Below the pieces are notes generated by a model. That model was not told the DNA's origin, ran no database searches, and saw only the letters and a program-made list of their open reading frames with translations. From Bacillota bacterium (lineage in GTDB: Bacteria; Bacillota; Clostridia; Ch29), in the NCBI GenBank assembly GCA_013540605.1, contig JABVCK010000009.1:100341-164340 (forward strand): 64,000 bases of DNA, in the 5' to 3' direction. Both the position numbers and the translations under genes were made by a program. Positions 9,839 through 19,021 of this stretch are shown piece by piece; position 1 is the stretch's first letter; every line of letters starts with the position of its first letter.

Positions 9839-11146
9839 ATGACAGTTGATTTACGCACAAAACTTGGACCCTTAACACTGAAAAACCCACTAGTTTCAGG
9901 AGGAGGACCGGTAGCCGGAACCTTGCAGCACATAAAGAATGCCTGCGATGCGGGCTTCGGTGCAATTGTCACAAAGACTGCTTCATATTATGGCGAATTC
10001 CAGAGATATCCAAGGCCTGTATATAATATTTGCGACATAAGAGTGGCGGCAGACGATCCGATCGGTATCTCCGAATGCTCCTGGATGCATAACGACCACA
10101 ACTCTGTATACCCGCCTCATCAGTTTGTTAAATTCTTGCCGGAGGCATCAGAGTATTGCAAGAAGAATGACTGCGTTCTTATTGGTAGTTTTGCAGGTGC
10201 CGGGCTGGAACAGTGGGAAAGGATGGCAAGGGATTATGTAGATGCAGGATGCCAGGCACTCGAATTGAACTTCTGTTGTCCTTACCCACAGGTAATGCCT
10301 GAGACCGCGCAAGGGAACGAGCACCTTATCGGCCAGACATTTGGGGATAACCCCGCCCTTGGCGCTGAAGTCATCAAGAGGTTGAAGCAGATTGTCGATG
10401 TTCCCATATTCCCGAAAATGCCGCCTACTGCTAGAAAGGACATTGTTAACATAGCAAAGATGTATAAAGAAGCTGGTGCCGATGGGATCACCATCTATGC
10501 TAACTCCATGGTTCTTAAGATAGACATTGAAACTGGTGAACCGATGGGCTGGGGGGCTTCGATAGGCAGCTCGCACGGCCATATGCTTGATACATGCCAG
10601 GACACCGCTAAAATAGCCAAAGAGGTTCCGGATTTCGCAATAATGTCTGGCCGTGGAGCCAGGTACTGGTACGATTGTATTGAGCTTCTCATGGCAGGCG
10701 CTGCTTCGGTACAGTACTCCGCTGCTATACACGTGTATGGGCTGAAGCATGTTAAGAGTATGCTCAATGATATGGAAAACTGGCTTGAGCGTAAAGGTTA
10801 TAAGTCTATTGAACAGGTTAAGGGGCTAGCTTTACCGAAGATCTACCGCTCCGCAGATGTTAAGAACAGAGTAAAAGCGTTGGTTGCGAAGGTAGATGCT
10901 AGTAAGTGTATCGCCTGCGGTCGCTGCGCTGAGGTATGCTTCTATGACGCTGCCGAGTTGTTTGTTAAAAATGGAAAAGGTGCTGCAAAAATCAATCAGG
11001 ACAACTGCGCCGGCTGCACCATCTGTGGACAAGTGTGTCCCAAGAAGTGTATTAGCTTTACTGAAAGGGCAGAAGAAATCGAATACCTTAGAGCGCTGGG
11101 TTCTGCTCATCCGGATCTGCTGCCTGATATCTTCGGCGAAAAATAA
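9839..11146 (+). CDS. Dihydroorotate/dihydropyrimidine dehydrogenase-family FMN oxidoreductase (PreA-like) with a C-terminal 2x[4Fe-4S] ferredoxin domain
   Basis: TIM-barrel DHOD-like core. C-terminal CIACGRCAEVC and CAGCTICGQVCP motifs. GGAGGA RBS 6 nt before the ATG at 9839. Confidence 0.65.
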   Translation: MTVDLRTKLGPLTLKNPLVSGGGPVAGTLQHIKNACDAGFGAIVTKTASYYGEFQRYPRPVYNICDIRVAADDPIGISECSWMHNDHNSVYPPHQFVKFLPEASEYCKKNDCVLIGSFAGAGLEQWERMARDYVDAGCQALELNFCCPYPQVMPETAQGNEHLIGQTFGDNPALGAEVIKRLKQIVDVPIFPKMPPTARKDIVNIAKMYKEAGADGITIYANSMVLKIDIETGEPMGWGASIGSSHGHMLDTCQDTAKIAKEVPDFAIMSGRGARYWYDCIELLMAGAASVQYSAAIHVYGLKHVKSMLNDMENWLERKGYKSIEQVKGLALPKIYRSADVKNRVKALVAKVDASKCIACGRCAEVCFYDAAELFVKNGKGAAKINQDNCAGCTICGQVCPKKCISFTERAEEIEYLRALGSAHPDLLPDIFGEK

Positions 11147-11173
11147 TGTGATATCCCTCGCTTTTGTTTAATT

Positions 11174-11211
11174 GCATATAGCGGTCTTATAATACTACGG
11201 CCGCTATATGC
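11174..11211 (+). terminator. Strong hairpin (11-bp perfect stem GCATATAGCGG/CCGCTATATGC) after the DHOD-like gene. Candidate terminator or attenuator.
   Basis: Perfect stem, but the 3' tail is not clearly U-rich. A similar TATAGCGG...CCGCTATA hairpin at 21850-21881 precedes another copy of the GGGGACATT repeat. Confidence 0.35.
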
Positions 11212-11251
11212 AGAACACAAGGTTTATTGCATGATTGAATATGGCTTGAGT

Positions 11252-11417
11252 GGGGACATTCCGCGGCAAGGAATACCCGCGTAGCAGCGGTGTGTCCCCA
11301 TACCGATCGGGGACATTCCGCGGCAAGGAATACCCGCGTAGCAGCGGTGTGTCCCCATACCGATCGGGGACATTCCGCGGCAAGGAATACCCGCGTAGCA
11401 GCGGTGTGTCCCCATAC
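11252..11417. repeat. Tandem array of a 57-bp hairpin repeat: 2 full units plus 1 slightly shorter unit. Unit is GGGGACATTCCGCGGCAAGGAATACCCGCGTAGCAGCGGTGTGTCCCCATACC(GATC).
   Basis: Units at 11252-11308, 11309-11365 and 11366-11417 are identical. The outer stem is GGGGACA/TGTCCCC and the inner stem is CGCGG/CCGCG. The array ends 18 nt before the leuC-like ATG, directly abutting the RBS AAAGGAGGA. Confidence 0.9.
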
Positions 11418-11435
11418 CTTAAAGGAGGAATTTTT

Positions 11436-12671
11436 ATGGGGCATAGCATGATCTACAAAATACTTGCTAAAAAAATAGGCGATCAGGATTTCAAGGCTGG
11501 AGAAATATATATGACACCCGCTGATCTTGTCTTCACCCATGAGGTCGGTACAGCTGGAACGATGAGGGTGCTTGACAAGATTGGTGCGACTGAGTTGTAT
11601 CCGATAGAGATGGTAATAATATCCGACCATTTTGTGCCTGCGTCTATACTAACCCATGCAATAAATCAGAAAAAGGCCCGTGATTTTGCAAAGAAATATG
11701 GCATTAGAAATTATTTTGAAATAGGGCGCGCTGGCATAGGGCATCAGGTACTTATTGAAAAAGGATTTATTCGCCCGGGAGAGATAGCCATAGCTACCGA
11801 CGCACACGCTACCACCTACGGAGCGCTGGGCTGTCTCGGTATAGGCGTTGGCGTTACCGACATGGCTGTGCTGCTCGCCAGCGGACAATATTGGCTAAAA
11901 TATCCGAAGGTACTCGGTATACGGTTGGAAGGGAAGCTGCGTCCCGGAGTCAGCGCTAAGGATGTAGCGCTTAAGCTTTTAGGCGATCTTGGCACAGATA
12001 ATCTTATTTATTGGATGGTAGAGTTTTATGGATCGGGTGTTTCAACGCTCAGTATAGACAGCCGCGCATGTTTGTGCAACATGATGTCAGAAGGTGGAGT
12101 AAAGTCATGTCTTGTTGCGCCTGACAATCTTGCGATGGAATATGTAAGTGCCAGAACGGACAAAAAATTCACTCCCTTTGTTCCCGATGAAGACGCATAC
12201 TATGACAAGTATTTAACGTTGGATCTTGACAAAGTTGAACCGATGGTCGCGATTCCCGATACACCGACAAATTGTGTGCCCCGAAAGAGCGTAAGCGGTG
12301 TGGAAATAGATCAGGCATTTATCGGTTCGTGTACTAACGGCCGTATTGAAGATTTAAGGATTGCGGCTGCTATATTGAAGGGGAAAAAGGTGCATCCCAA
12401 TGTTAGGTTGATCGTGTCTCCAGCGTCACACGAGATCTGGCAGCAAGCGCTCAACGAAGGCTTACTGACTATTTTTAACCAGAGCGGGGCGGTAGTCACT
12501 AACCCGACATGTGGAGCATGCATTGGAGCGCATGGTTTGCTTGCCCCAGGTGAGGTGTGCATCGCCACTTCAAACAGAAACTTCAAAGGCAGAATGGGAA
12601 GTATTGACGCGAAGATATATCTAGCTTCTCCTGAAACAGTAGCTTACGCTGCGCTGACAGGCAGGATATAA
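11436..12671 (+). CDS. Aconitase-family dehydratase large subunit. LeuC/HacA-like, short archaeal-type 3-isopropylmalate / homoaconitate / methylmalate dehydratase.
   Basis: 412 aa with aconitase-family Fe-S ligand regions. The ORF track's 11250 start reads through the repeat array (GTFRGKEYPRSSGVSPYRS x3) and is an artefact. The ATG at 11436 has an RBS. Confidence 0.75.
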   Translation: MGHSMIYKILAKKIGDQDFKAGEIYMTPADLVFTHEVGTAGTMRVLDKIGATELYPIEMVIISDHFVPASILTHAINQKKARDFAKKYGIRNYFEIGRAGIGHQVLIEKGFIRPGEIAIATDAHATTYGALGCLGIGVGVTDMAVLLASGQYWLKYPKVLGIRLEGKLRPGVSAKDVALKLLGDLGTDNLIYWMVEFYGSGVSTLSIDSRACLCNMMSEGGVKSCLVAPDNLAMEYVSARTDKKFTPFVPDEDAYYDKYLTLDLDKVEPMVAIPDTPTNCVPRKSVSGVEIDQAFIGSCTNGRIEDLRIAAAILKGKKVHPNVRLIVSPASHEIWQQALNEGLLTIFNQSGAVVTNPTCGACIGAHGLLAPGEVCIATSNRNFKGRMGSIDAKIYLASPETVAYAALTGRI

Positions 12672-12695
12672 CCAACCATAGAGGGAGGGAAACCC

Positions 12696-13229
12696 ATGAG
12701 TCAGGTAATAAAAAAGAAGGTTGTCGCAATACTTGGAGACGATGTAGACACCGATGTGATATTCCCGGCTAGATACTTGGGCACATTTGATGAACAAGAG
12801 ACAGCTAATCATCTTTTTGAAGATGTGGATCCGTCTTTTAGAAATAAAGTAAAAAATGGAGGCGTGGTTATCGTAGGTAAGAACTTCGGATGCGGATCGG
12901 CCCGTGAACAAGCTGCAATGGCGCTTAAATATGCGGGAGTGACTATGGTAGTAGCGGTGTCTTACAATAGATCGTTTTATAGAAATGCAATAAACAACGG
13001 GCTGCTGCTAATGGAGTTTGAAAATCCGGAAGACTACCAGGCTTTTAAGGAAGATAACCAACTTATAGTGGATTATGCCTCCGGTATAATAAAAAACGAA
13101 ACAACAGGAAGAGAAATAAGATGCCTTGCTCCGAACAAATTTATACTTGATATAATCTCCGCGGGTGGAATATGTCAGCTTATAATAAAAAATCAAAGTA
13201 AAAACGGGGGAAAGCTATGCTTACTGTAA
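12696..13229 (+). CDS. Aconitase-family dehydratase small subunit (LeuD-like swivel domain)
   Basis: 177 aa. GDDVDTDVIFPARYL motif typical of LeuD. Confidence 0.75.
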   Translation: MSQVIKKKVVAILGDDVDTDVIFPARYLGTFDEQETANHLFEDVDPSFRNKVKNGGVVIVGKNFGCGSAREQAAMALKYAGVTMVVAVSYNRSFYRNAINNGLLLMEFENPEDYQAFKEDNQLIVDYASGIIKNETTGREIRCLAPNKFILDIISAGGICQLIIKNQSKNGGKLCLL

Positions 13230-14083
13230 TTATTATTGGCGTAACAGTAGGGCTCATATATGGATTAGTTGCGATAGGATATAGCCTTATCTGGCAATCT
13301 ATGAGTTTGGTGCATTTTGCGCAGGGCGATCTGCTGATGCTAGGGGGGTTTTTAGCCATAACATTAATTGGCATGAAGATTTCCAACCTTTTCGTAGTGC
13401 TTCTTCTGGTATTCGTCATGATGGCACTGGTTGGCCTCATAATCCAGCGCGGAGCGTATTGTTACATACCACAGCACAGGGGTACGACGAGAATCATTGC
13501 TACGCTCGGCGTTGGCATGATTTTAAGAAACATGGCCGTACTTATTTGGGGTACGAGGGCGAGAGGACTTCCCGATAATTTCTTTCCAGGCGGTTCACTG
13601 AAATTCAGTGGAGTGGCTATAAGGCCTGTATATTACTGGTCTTTCTTCATTGGTATAATGCTTGTCGTAGCGCTCGTAATCTTTCTGTACCGCACAAAGT
13701 TTGGCATGGCGATGCGTCTAACAGCATATAACTATTCTCTTGCTGAGCTTATGGGAATCAACCCGGGTATATATCAGACCCTTGCTTTTATGCTTGCTAC
13801 CGGCATCACCGGTGTGGCCGGCATACTCGTAAGCCCAATCAGCTTTGTAAGCTATCGAATGGGGCTCGCTTTTGGCGTTAAGGGTTTTGCCGCTGCGATA
13901 ATCGGAGGGCTTGACAGCTTGCCCGGTGCTTTAATAGGCGGCATAACAATAGGTCTTATAGAGGTGTTCTTCGGCAGATATATATCCGGATACGTGGATG
14001 TTCTTATCTTCGGTATAATGATAATCGTCCTTATCTTTAAACCGCGCGGGTTCTTTGGTAAGGTCCATGCTGAAAAGATATAA
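13217..14083 (+). CDS. Branched-chain amino acid-type ABC transporter permease (LivH-like)
   Basis: 288-aa polytopic membrane protein with LivH-family motifs. Confidence 0.75.
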   Translation: MLTVIIIGVTVGLIYGLVAIGYSLIWQSMSLVHFAQGDLLMLGGFLAITLIGMKISNLFVVLLLVFVMMALVGLIIQRGAYCYIPQHRGTTRIIATLGVGMILRNMAVLIWGTRARGLPDNFFPGGSLKFSGVAIRPVYYWSFFIGIMLVVALVIFLYRTKFGMAMRLTAYNYSLAELMGINPGIYQTLAFMLATGITGVAGILVSPISFVSYRMGLAFGVKGFAAAIIGGLDSLPGALIGGITIGLIEVFFGRYISGYVDVLIFGIMIIVLIFKPRGFFGKVHAEKI

Positions 14084-14097
14084 AGGAGGCATGAACG

Positions 14098-15066
14098 ATG
14101 TCAAATATTAAAAAGTATTATGGGATTATAATAATAATCGCCCTTCTTGCCATGCCTTTTGTAATAAACAGCTATTATTGGATACGCCTGCTTACTACGA
14201 TGGGGATCTATCTCATTATAGCAATGGGCCTTAATATGCTGCTTGGATATACTGGGCTAGTCAGTATAGGCCAGGCTGGTATCTTTGGCATTGCTGCATA
14301 TACGGCAGGACTTTTGATGAAAAACGCCGGGATAAGCTTCTGGGTATCTTTTATAATAGTTTTGATCCTTGGAGCTTTTATTGGCATGTTCATCGGTATT
14401 ATAACGCTAAAACTAAAGCAGGCATATCTAGCTATAGTGACTCTAGGGCTTGCGCTTATGACCCAAACCATACTGCTCAACTGGCGTGAGGTTACCGGCG
14501 GTTTTGAGGGACTGTTAAGGGTTCCCAAGCCTACTATTTTCGGGTTTGTGATTAAAGCCCCGAGCCATGTATTGTTTATGGTGACTGTGTTCTGTATAAT
14601 CACATTTTTTATCATACAGAATATATCCAAATCCAAATGGGGTAGAAGTATGCGCGCAGTGAGAGACGACGATATTGCAGCCAGCATGATGGGCATTAAC
14701 GTAGTAAAGACAAAATTATTGGCGTTTACGTTATCTGCGGTTCTTGCTTCAGTCAGCGGAGGCTTATATGCAGGACTTTATGGAGCCATGTTCCCTGATT
14801 ATTTCAGCATGGATCTTTCGGTGTTGTTCCTATGCATGGTTGTACTTGGCGGCATGGGCACAGTGATAGGCCCAATAATAGGTGCACTCCTTATAACATT
14901 CGGTCTCGAAGCACTCCGTGGCCTCGGTGAAGGGCAGATGCTTGTTTATGGCATATTCATAGTTGCTGTTTGTGTATTAAAACCGGGCGGATTTGTTGAG
15001 GTTGTCGGAGACATCAGGAATCTGTTTGCCTCAAAAAAGAGAAGGGAGGCGGAAGAGAATGCCTGA
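14098..15066 (+). CDS. Branched-chain amino acid-type ABC transporter permease (LivM-like)
   Basis: 322-aa polytopic membrane protein. Confidence 0.75.
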   Translation: MSNIKKYYGIIIIIALLAMPFVINSYYWIRLLTTMGIYLIIAMGLNMLLGYTGLVSIGQAGIFGIAAYTAGLLMKNAGISFWVSFIIVLILGAFIGMFIGIITLKLKQAYLAIVTLGLALMTQTILLNWREVTGGFEGLLRVPKPTIFGFVIKAPSHVLFMVTVFCIITFFIIQNISKSKWGRSMRAVRDDDIAASMMGINVVKTKLLAFTLSAVLASVSGGLYAGLYGAMFPDYFSMDLSVLFLCMVVLGGMGTVIGPIIGALLITFGLEALRGLGEGQMLVYGIFIVAVCVLKPGGFVEVVGDIRNLFASKKRREAEENA

Positions 15067-15862
15067 TACAATCATTAAGATTGAAAACATATCAAAGAAT
15101 TTTGGCGGCATTAAGGCGCTTATAAATGTCAGTACTGAAATAGAAAAAGGCAAAATACACGCGATCATAGGAGCCAACGGTTCTGGTAAAACAACACTAA
15201 TAAACATTATTACGGGATTCTACAAGCCGGATAGTGGCAGTATAATCTACAAGGGCCAAGATTTAAGGCAAAAGGCCCCGCATGAGATTGCGTGCCTGGG
15301 TATGGGCAGGACATTCCAGAATCTCCGCCTCTTCCACACCATGGACGTTGCAGAAAATATAAAGACCGCACTTCATTCGAGACTCAAAGAATCATTCGCG
15401 GCGTCTATTGCAGGTATTCCAGCAGTCAAGAAGCTTGAGAAAGAGGCAGATAAAGAGGTGGACAGGATACTTGAAATGCTGGATCTCACTGCCATAAAAA
15501 ACACCAAGGTTACCAGTTTGCCGTATGGTATGAGACGGTTGGTCGAAATAGCGAGAGCGTTGAGTCTGAGACCTGACGTACTTTTTCTGGATGAACCGGT
15601 TGCAGGTATGAACAATACCGAGAGTATTGAGCTTATGAAGAGAATAAAAAGCCTGGTTGATACGGGCATAACCGTTGTTCTTATAGAGCACGATATGAAA
15701 GTTGTTATGGGCTTCTCTGAAGAGATAACGGTTCTGGACCATGGGGAAGTAATTGCACGCGGCACTCCGAAAGAAGTCCAGAATAACCCAAAAGTTATTG
15801 AGGCATATCTCGGAAAAAGCCGTGAAGACAAAAAGGATGAGGAGGTCAGGAATAATGAGTGA
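15059..15862 (+). CDS. ABC transporter ATP-binding protein (LivG-like)
   Basis: Walker A (GANGSGKTT), signature and Walker B motifs. The ATG at 15059 overlaps the livM stop. Confidence 0.8.
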   Translation: MPDTIIKIENISKNFGGIKALINVSTEIEKGKIHAIIGANGSGKTTLINIITGFYKPDSGSIIYKGQDLRQKAPHEIACLGMGRTFQNLRLFHTMDVAENIKTALHSRLKESFAASIAGIPAVKKLEKEADKEVDRILEMLDLTAIKNTKVTSLPYGMRRLVEIARALSLRPDVLFLDEPVAGMNNTESIELMKRIKSLVDTGITVVLIEHDMKVVMGFSEEITVLDHGEVIARGTPKEVQNNPKVIEAYLGKSREDKKDEEVRNNE

Positions 15863-16574
15863 AAACGTACTGGTGATAAATGACCTCAACGTAATGTACG
15901 GTAAAATGATACATGCGATAAAGGACTTATCCATGGATGTGCGGCAAGGCGAGATAGTTGCAGTACTTGGTGCAAACGGTGCTGGAAAATCTACTCTTCT
16001 AAAAACAATTTCCGGTCTATTAAAGCCCAAAACCGGTTCAATAAAAATAAATAACCAGGAGTTGGTTGGGATCCCTGCACACAAAGTTCTTAGTTATGGA
16101 GTGGCACATGTTCCGGAAGGCAGAATGATAGTCCCGCATTTCTCGGTTAAGGAAAACCTTCTTGTCGGTGCTTATATCGCCGATAAGAAGAGCGTAAACG
16201 GAAATATTGAAAGGGTTATGGAAATATTCCCGAAACTGAAGGAACGTCTAAACCAGACTGCAGGCACATTGAGCGGAGGAGAACAGCAGATGCTCGCCAT
16301 TGGCCGTGCGCTCATGTCTGAACCAAAGATACTTCTACTTGACGAGCCTTCGCTTGGGCTTGCGCCCATTCTTGTAGATAAAGTAATGGAGATGGTCCAG
16401 CTTATCAACAAGACGCAGGGAGTTACTGTAATGCTGGTCGAACAGAATGTATATATAGCTCTTGACATTGCAGACCGTGCTTACGTCCTTGAGAACGGAT
16501 ACATTACGATGAGCGGTTCCTCGGCAGAGCTTAAAAAGGACGAAACGCTCAAAAAGCAGTATCTCGCCGGATAG
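15855..16574 (+). CDS. ABC transporter ATP-binding protein (LivF-like)
   Basis: Walker A (GANGAGKST) and LSGGEQQML signature. The start overlaps the livG stop (ATGAGTGA). Confidence 0.8.
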   Translation: MSENVLVINDLNVMYGKMIHAIKDLSMDVRQGEIVAVLGANGAGKSTLLKTISGLLKPKTGSIKINNQELVGIPAHKVLSYGVAHVPEGRMIVPHFSVKENLLVGAYIADKKSVNGNIERVMEIFPKLKERLNQTAGTLSGGEQQMLAIGRALMSEPKILLLDEPSLGLAPILVDKVMEMVQLINKTQGVTVMLVEQNVYIALDIADRAYVLENGYITMSGSSAELKKDETLKKQYLAG

Positions 16575-16623
16575 CTGCTCTGAGAGCAAAATATTATAAC
16601 ATTTTACAGGAGGAGATACTATT

Positions 16624-17313
16624 ATGCGTGAAGTTAAGAGGTTAGCAAAAAGACCGGGAAAGGAAATAATTGAGGGATTTATGAAGGTATCGACCTGCAA
16701 TGTATCCGACGCTTTGGATAAGCTTAATATGCCGTGCGGCATCTACGGGATAAGGCCGACATACGACTGCCCTAAGGTAGTCGGACCAGCGATAACTATG
16801 AGGGTTGTCCCATATGGACCCAATAACCCGGAAGGGCACATGGGAGTTGACCCGCTTTCGGCGGCGGAGCCCGGGGATGTCATAGTAATAGACAATTCCG
16901 GACGCATCGATCAGAACTGCTGGGGGGAGATAGTTACATATTCCGCTATCCAGGTCGGAGTGGCGGGTGTAATAATCGATGGAGCGACTCGCGATGTGGA
17001 TATCATCAAGGAAACAAATTTCCCGGTATATGCGCGTGGGATAGTACCTCTTACTGCGAGAGGCAGGAATGTGCAAGGTGACTACAACTGCCTTGTGCAG
17101 ATTGGCGGCGTGCAGGTAAGCCCTGGGGATTTAGTGATGGCCGACGTAAACGGAGTGGTGGTAATCCCTCAGGACAGGGCTGAAGAAGTGTTAGCAGTGA
17201 GTCTGGATCTTTATCAGCGCGAGCTTGATATAGTGGAAAAGATAAAATCCGGACAGTCATTCCTTGAAGTTGATAAGAAATCTGGGTATGATAAAATGCT
17301 GCAAAAAAAATAA
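16624..17313 (+). CDS. RraA-family protein, paralog 3
   Basis: 229 aa. SDALDKL, VIDNSGR and IIDGATRD motifs. Confidence 0.75.
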   Translation: MREVKRLAKRPGKEIIEGFMKVSTCNVSDALDKLNMPCGIYGIRPTYDCPKVVGPAITMRVVPYGPNNPEGHMGVDPLSAAEPGDVIVIDNSGRIDQNCWGEIVTYSAIQVGVAGVIIDGATRDVDIIKETNFPVYARGIVPLTARGRNVQGDYNCLVQIGGVQVSPGDLVMADVNGVVVIPQDRAEEVLAVSLDLYQRELDIVEKIKSGQSFLEVDKKSGYDKMLQKK

Positions 17314-17332
17314 ACTTAAGGAGATATCAAAA

Positions 17333-18577
17333 ATGCAGCTTACAAATTATGAAAATCGAATGCTTAACGGAGAAATGGGAGAACCAATTCGTAAAGCTAT
17401 GGAGATATTGGTGGCGCTGGGCGAGAGTTATGATGCAAAAAGAATGGTTGAGGTCAGAAATGTTCATCTGGCAGGCGCTTCTATAGTCGTAACGGGCGAA
17501 GCCGGTGTAAAATTCGCTGAAAGTATGCAGTGCCAGGGAGGATGCTTCTGTACCCGTACCACTTCCAATCCGACAGCACTGGACTGTGCTAAGTGGCGTG
17601 AGCTAGGAATTGCTGAAAAAGATGCCGAACTGCAGGGCAGATTGACTAACGCATTAGCAAAATTGGGCGCCCAGATAATCTCTACTTGCACGCCATATTT
17701 CGTGGGTAACGCACCCCGATTGGGCGAGCATGTGGCATGGGGAGAGTCCTCTGCGGTCATCTATGCCAACTCGGTGCTCGGGGCGAGGACAAATCGCGAA
17801 GGCGGGCCAAGCGGCTTGGCTGCAGCCCTCTGCGGCAGAGTACCGGAATGCGGTTTCCATCTTAAAGAAAATCGTTACGGCAAGCTGCTGATCAATGTAA
17901 CGATACCTTTAAGCGGCGTTACCGATTACGGCTGTTTGGGATATTTTGCAGGCATGCTCTCATCGCAGGATACACCTGTCTTCACAGGTATACCAGATAC
18001 AGCGACTCCCGACGAATTAAAAGGGCTGTCGGCTGCCCTGGGGTCTTCCGGAGCGGTAACAATGTTCCATGCCGTAGGAGTAACCCCTGAGGCCCCGGAC
18101 TTAGAAACAGCTTTTGGAGGCAAGAAGCCGGAAACCGTTGTGGAGTTCGGTGAGAAGGAAAAGAAGATGATGCTTGATAAACTGGACAGGGAAGAATCCA
18201 GCGATGTGGACTGGGTAATGCTTGGCTGCCCACATGCTTCTATGTTTGAAATAGCCGACATTTCACGTGCTTTAGAAGGGAAGAAAATAAATCCTGATGT
18301 AACGCTCTGGGTAGGTACTTCTATCCAGGTCAAGACGATAGCCGACCGTATGGGATATACCGACATAATTGAAAAGGCTGGCGGCAAAGTGGTGTGTGAC
18401 ACCTGCCCTGTTCTCGCGCCGACAAGGGATCTGGCCCAGAAGATGGGCTATAAAGTGCTTACTACTAATTCTGCGAAGATGGCGCACTACTCTCCGGGAC
18501 AGTTCGGGCTTATGACGCATTACGGAAACATTGATAAGATAATAGATGCGGCCGTTACCGGGAAATGGAAGAGGTGA
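17333..18577 (+). CDS. AcnX-type hydro-lyase large subunit (DUF521, aconitase X catalytic domain)
   Basis: 414 aa. N-terminal MQLTNYENRMLNGEMGEP, characteristic of DUF521/AcnX. AAGGAGAT RBS before the ATG at 17333. Confidence 0.65.
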   Translation: MQLTNYENRMLNGEMGEPIRKAMEILVALGESYDAKRMVEVRNVHLAGASIVVTGEAGVKFAESMQCQGGCFCTRTTSNPTALDCAKWRELGIAEKDAELQGRLTNALAKLGAQIISTCTPYFVGNAPRLGEHVAWGESSAVIYANSVLGARTNREGGPSGLAAALCGRVPECGFHLKENRYGKLLINVTIPLSGVTDYGCLGYFAGMLSSQDTPVFTGIPDTATPDELKGLSAALGSSGAVTMFHAVGVTPEAPDLETAFGGKKPETVVEFGEKEKKMMLDKLDREESSDVDWVMLGCPHASMFEIADISRALEGKKINPDVTLWVGTSIQVKTIADRMGYTDIIEKAGGKVVCDTCPVLAPTRDLAQKMGYKVLTTNSAKMAHYSPGQFGLMTHYGNIDKIIDAAVTGKWKR

Positions 18578-18582
18578 GTCAG

Positions 18583-19002
18583 ATGACAAAAGAGATAATC
18601 CTAAAAGGTAGAAAGGTTGTGAAGGGCAAAGCAGCTGGCTATGCGGTTGTGTCGACAGAGCCGATCAGTTTTAACGGGGGCGTTGATCCGGCTACTGGTA
18701 TAATGACGGAAGAGGAACATCCTATCAAGGATGTGAACATTGCCGGGAAAGTGCTGGTTTTTCCGACAGGTAAGGGTTCTACCGGCGGTTCTAACCGTAT
18801 TTACGATATGGCTGACCGCAAGACTGCCCCAGTCGCTTTCATACAAGCAAATGCCGAACCAATTACTACGATTGGCGCGATAATGGCGGATATCCCCGTT
18901 GTAGATAAACTCGACCAGGATCCTTTCGCAGTGATTGAAACCGGCGATTACGTAGAGGTTGATGCGGATAATGGAATAGTCAAAGTGATCAAAAAGGAGT
19001 AA
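18583..19002 (+). CDS. AcnX-type hydro-lyase small subunit (DUF126 swivel domain)
   Basis: 139 aa with the KGKAAGYAVVSTEPISFNGGVDP...FPTGKGSTGGS pattern of DUF126. Translationally coupled to the large subunit. Confidence 0.65.
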   Translation: MTKEIILKGRKVVKGKAAGYAVVSTEPISFNGGVDPATGIMTEEEHPIKDVNIAGKVLVFPTGKGSTGGSNRIYDMADRKTAPVAFIQANAEPITTIGAIMADIPVVDKLDQDPFAVIETGDYVEVDADNGIVKVIKKE

Positions 19003-19021
19003 GAATAAGGAGAGATGCTGG

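Noticed and set aside
11252-11417. Possibility that the tandem 57-bp repeats are a CRISPR array
   Set aside because: The units are directly adjacent with no unique spacers. The same unit occurs singly in other 5' UTRs. No cas genes are nearby.
11250-11435. N-terminal extension of the leuC-like ORF translating the tandem repeats as GTFRGKEYPRSSGVSPYRS x3
   Set aside because: The peptide repeat is a translation of the 57-bp DNA repeat. A proper RBS plus ATG lies at 11436 right after the array, and minus-strand ORFs (11187..11630 and others) show the same artefact.
15392-16084. 230-aa minus-strand ORF overlapping livG/livF
   Set aside because: It is antisense to ABC ATPase genes with clear Walker motifs.
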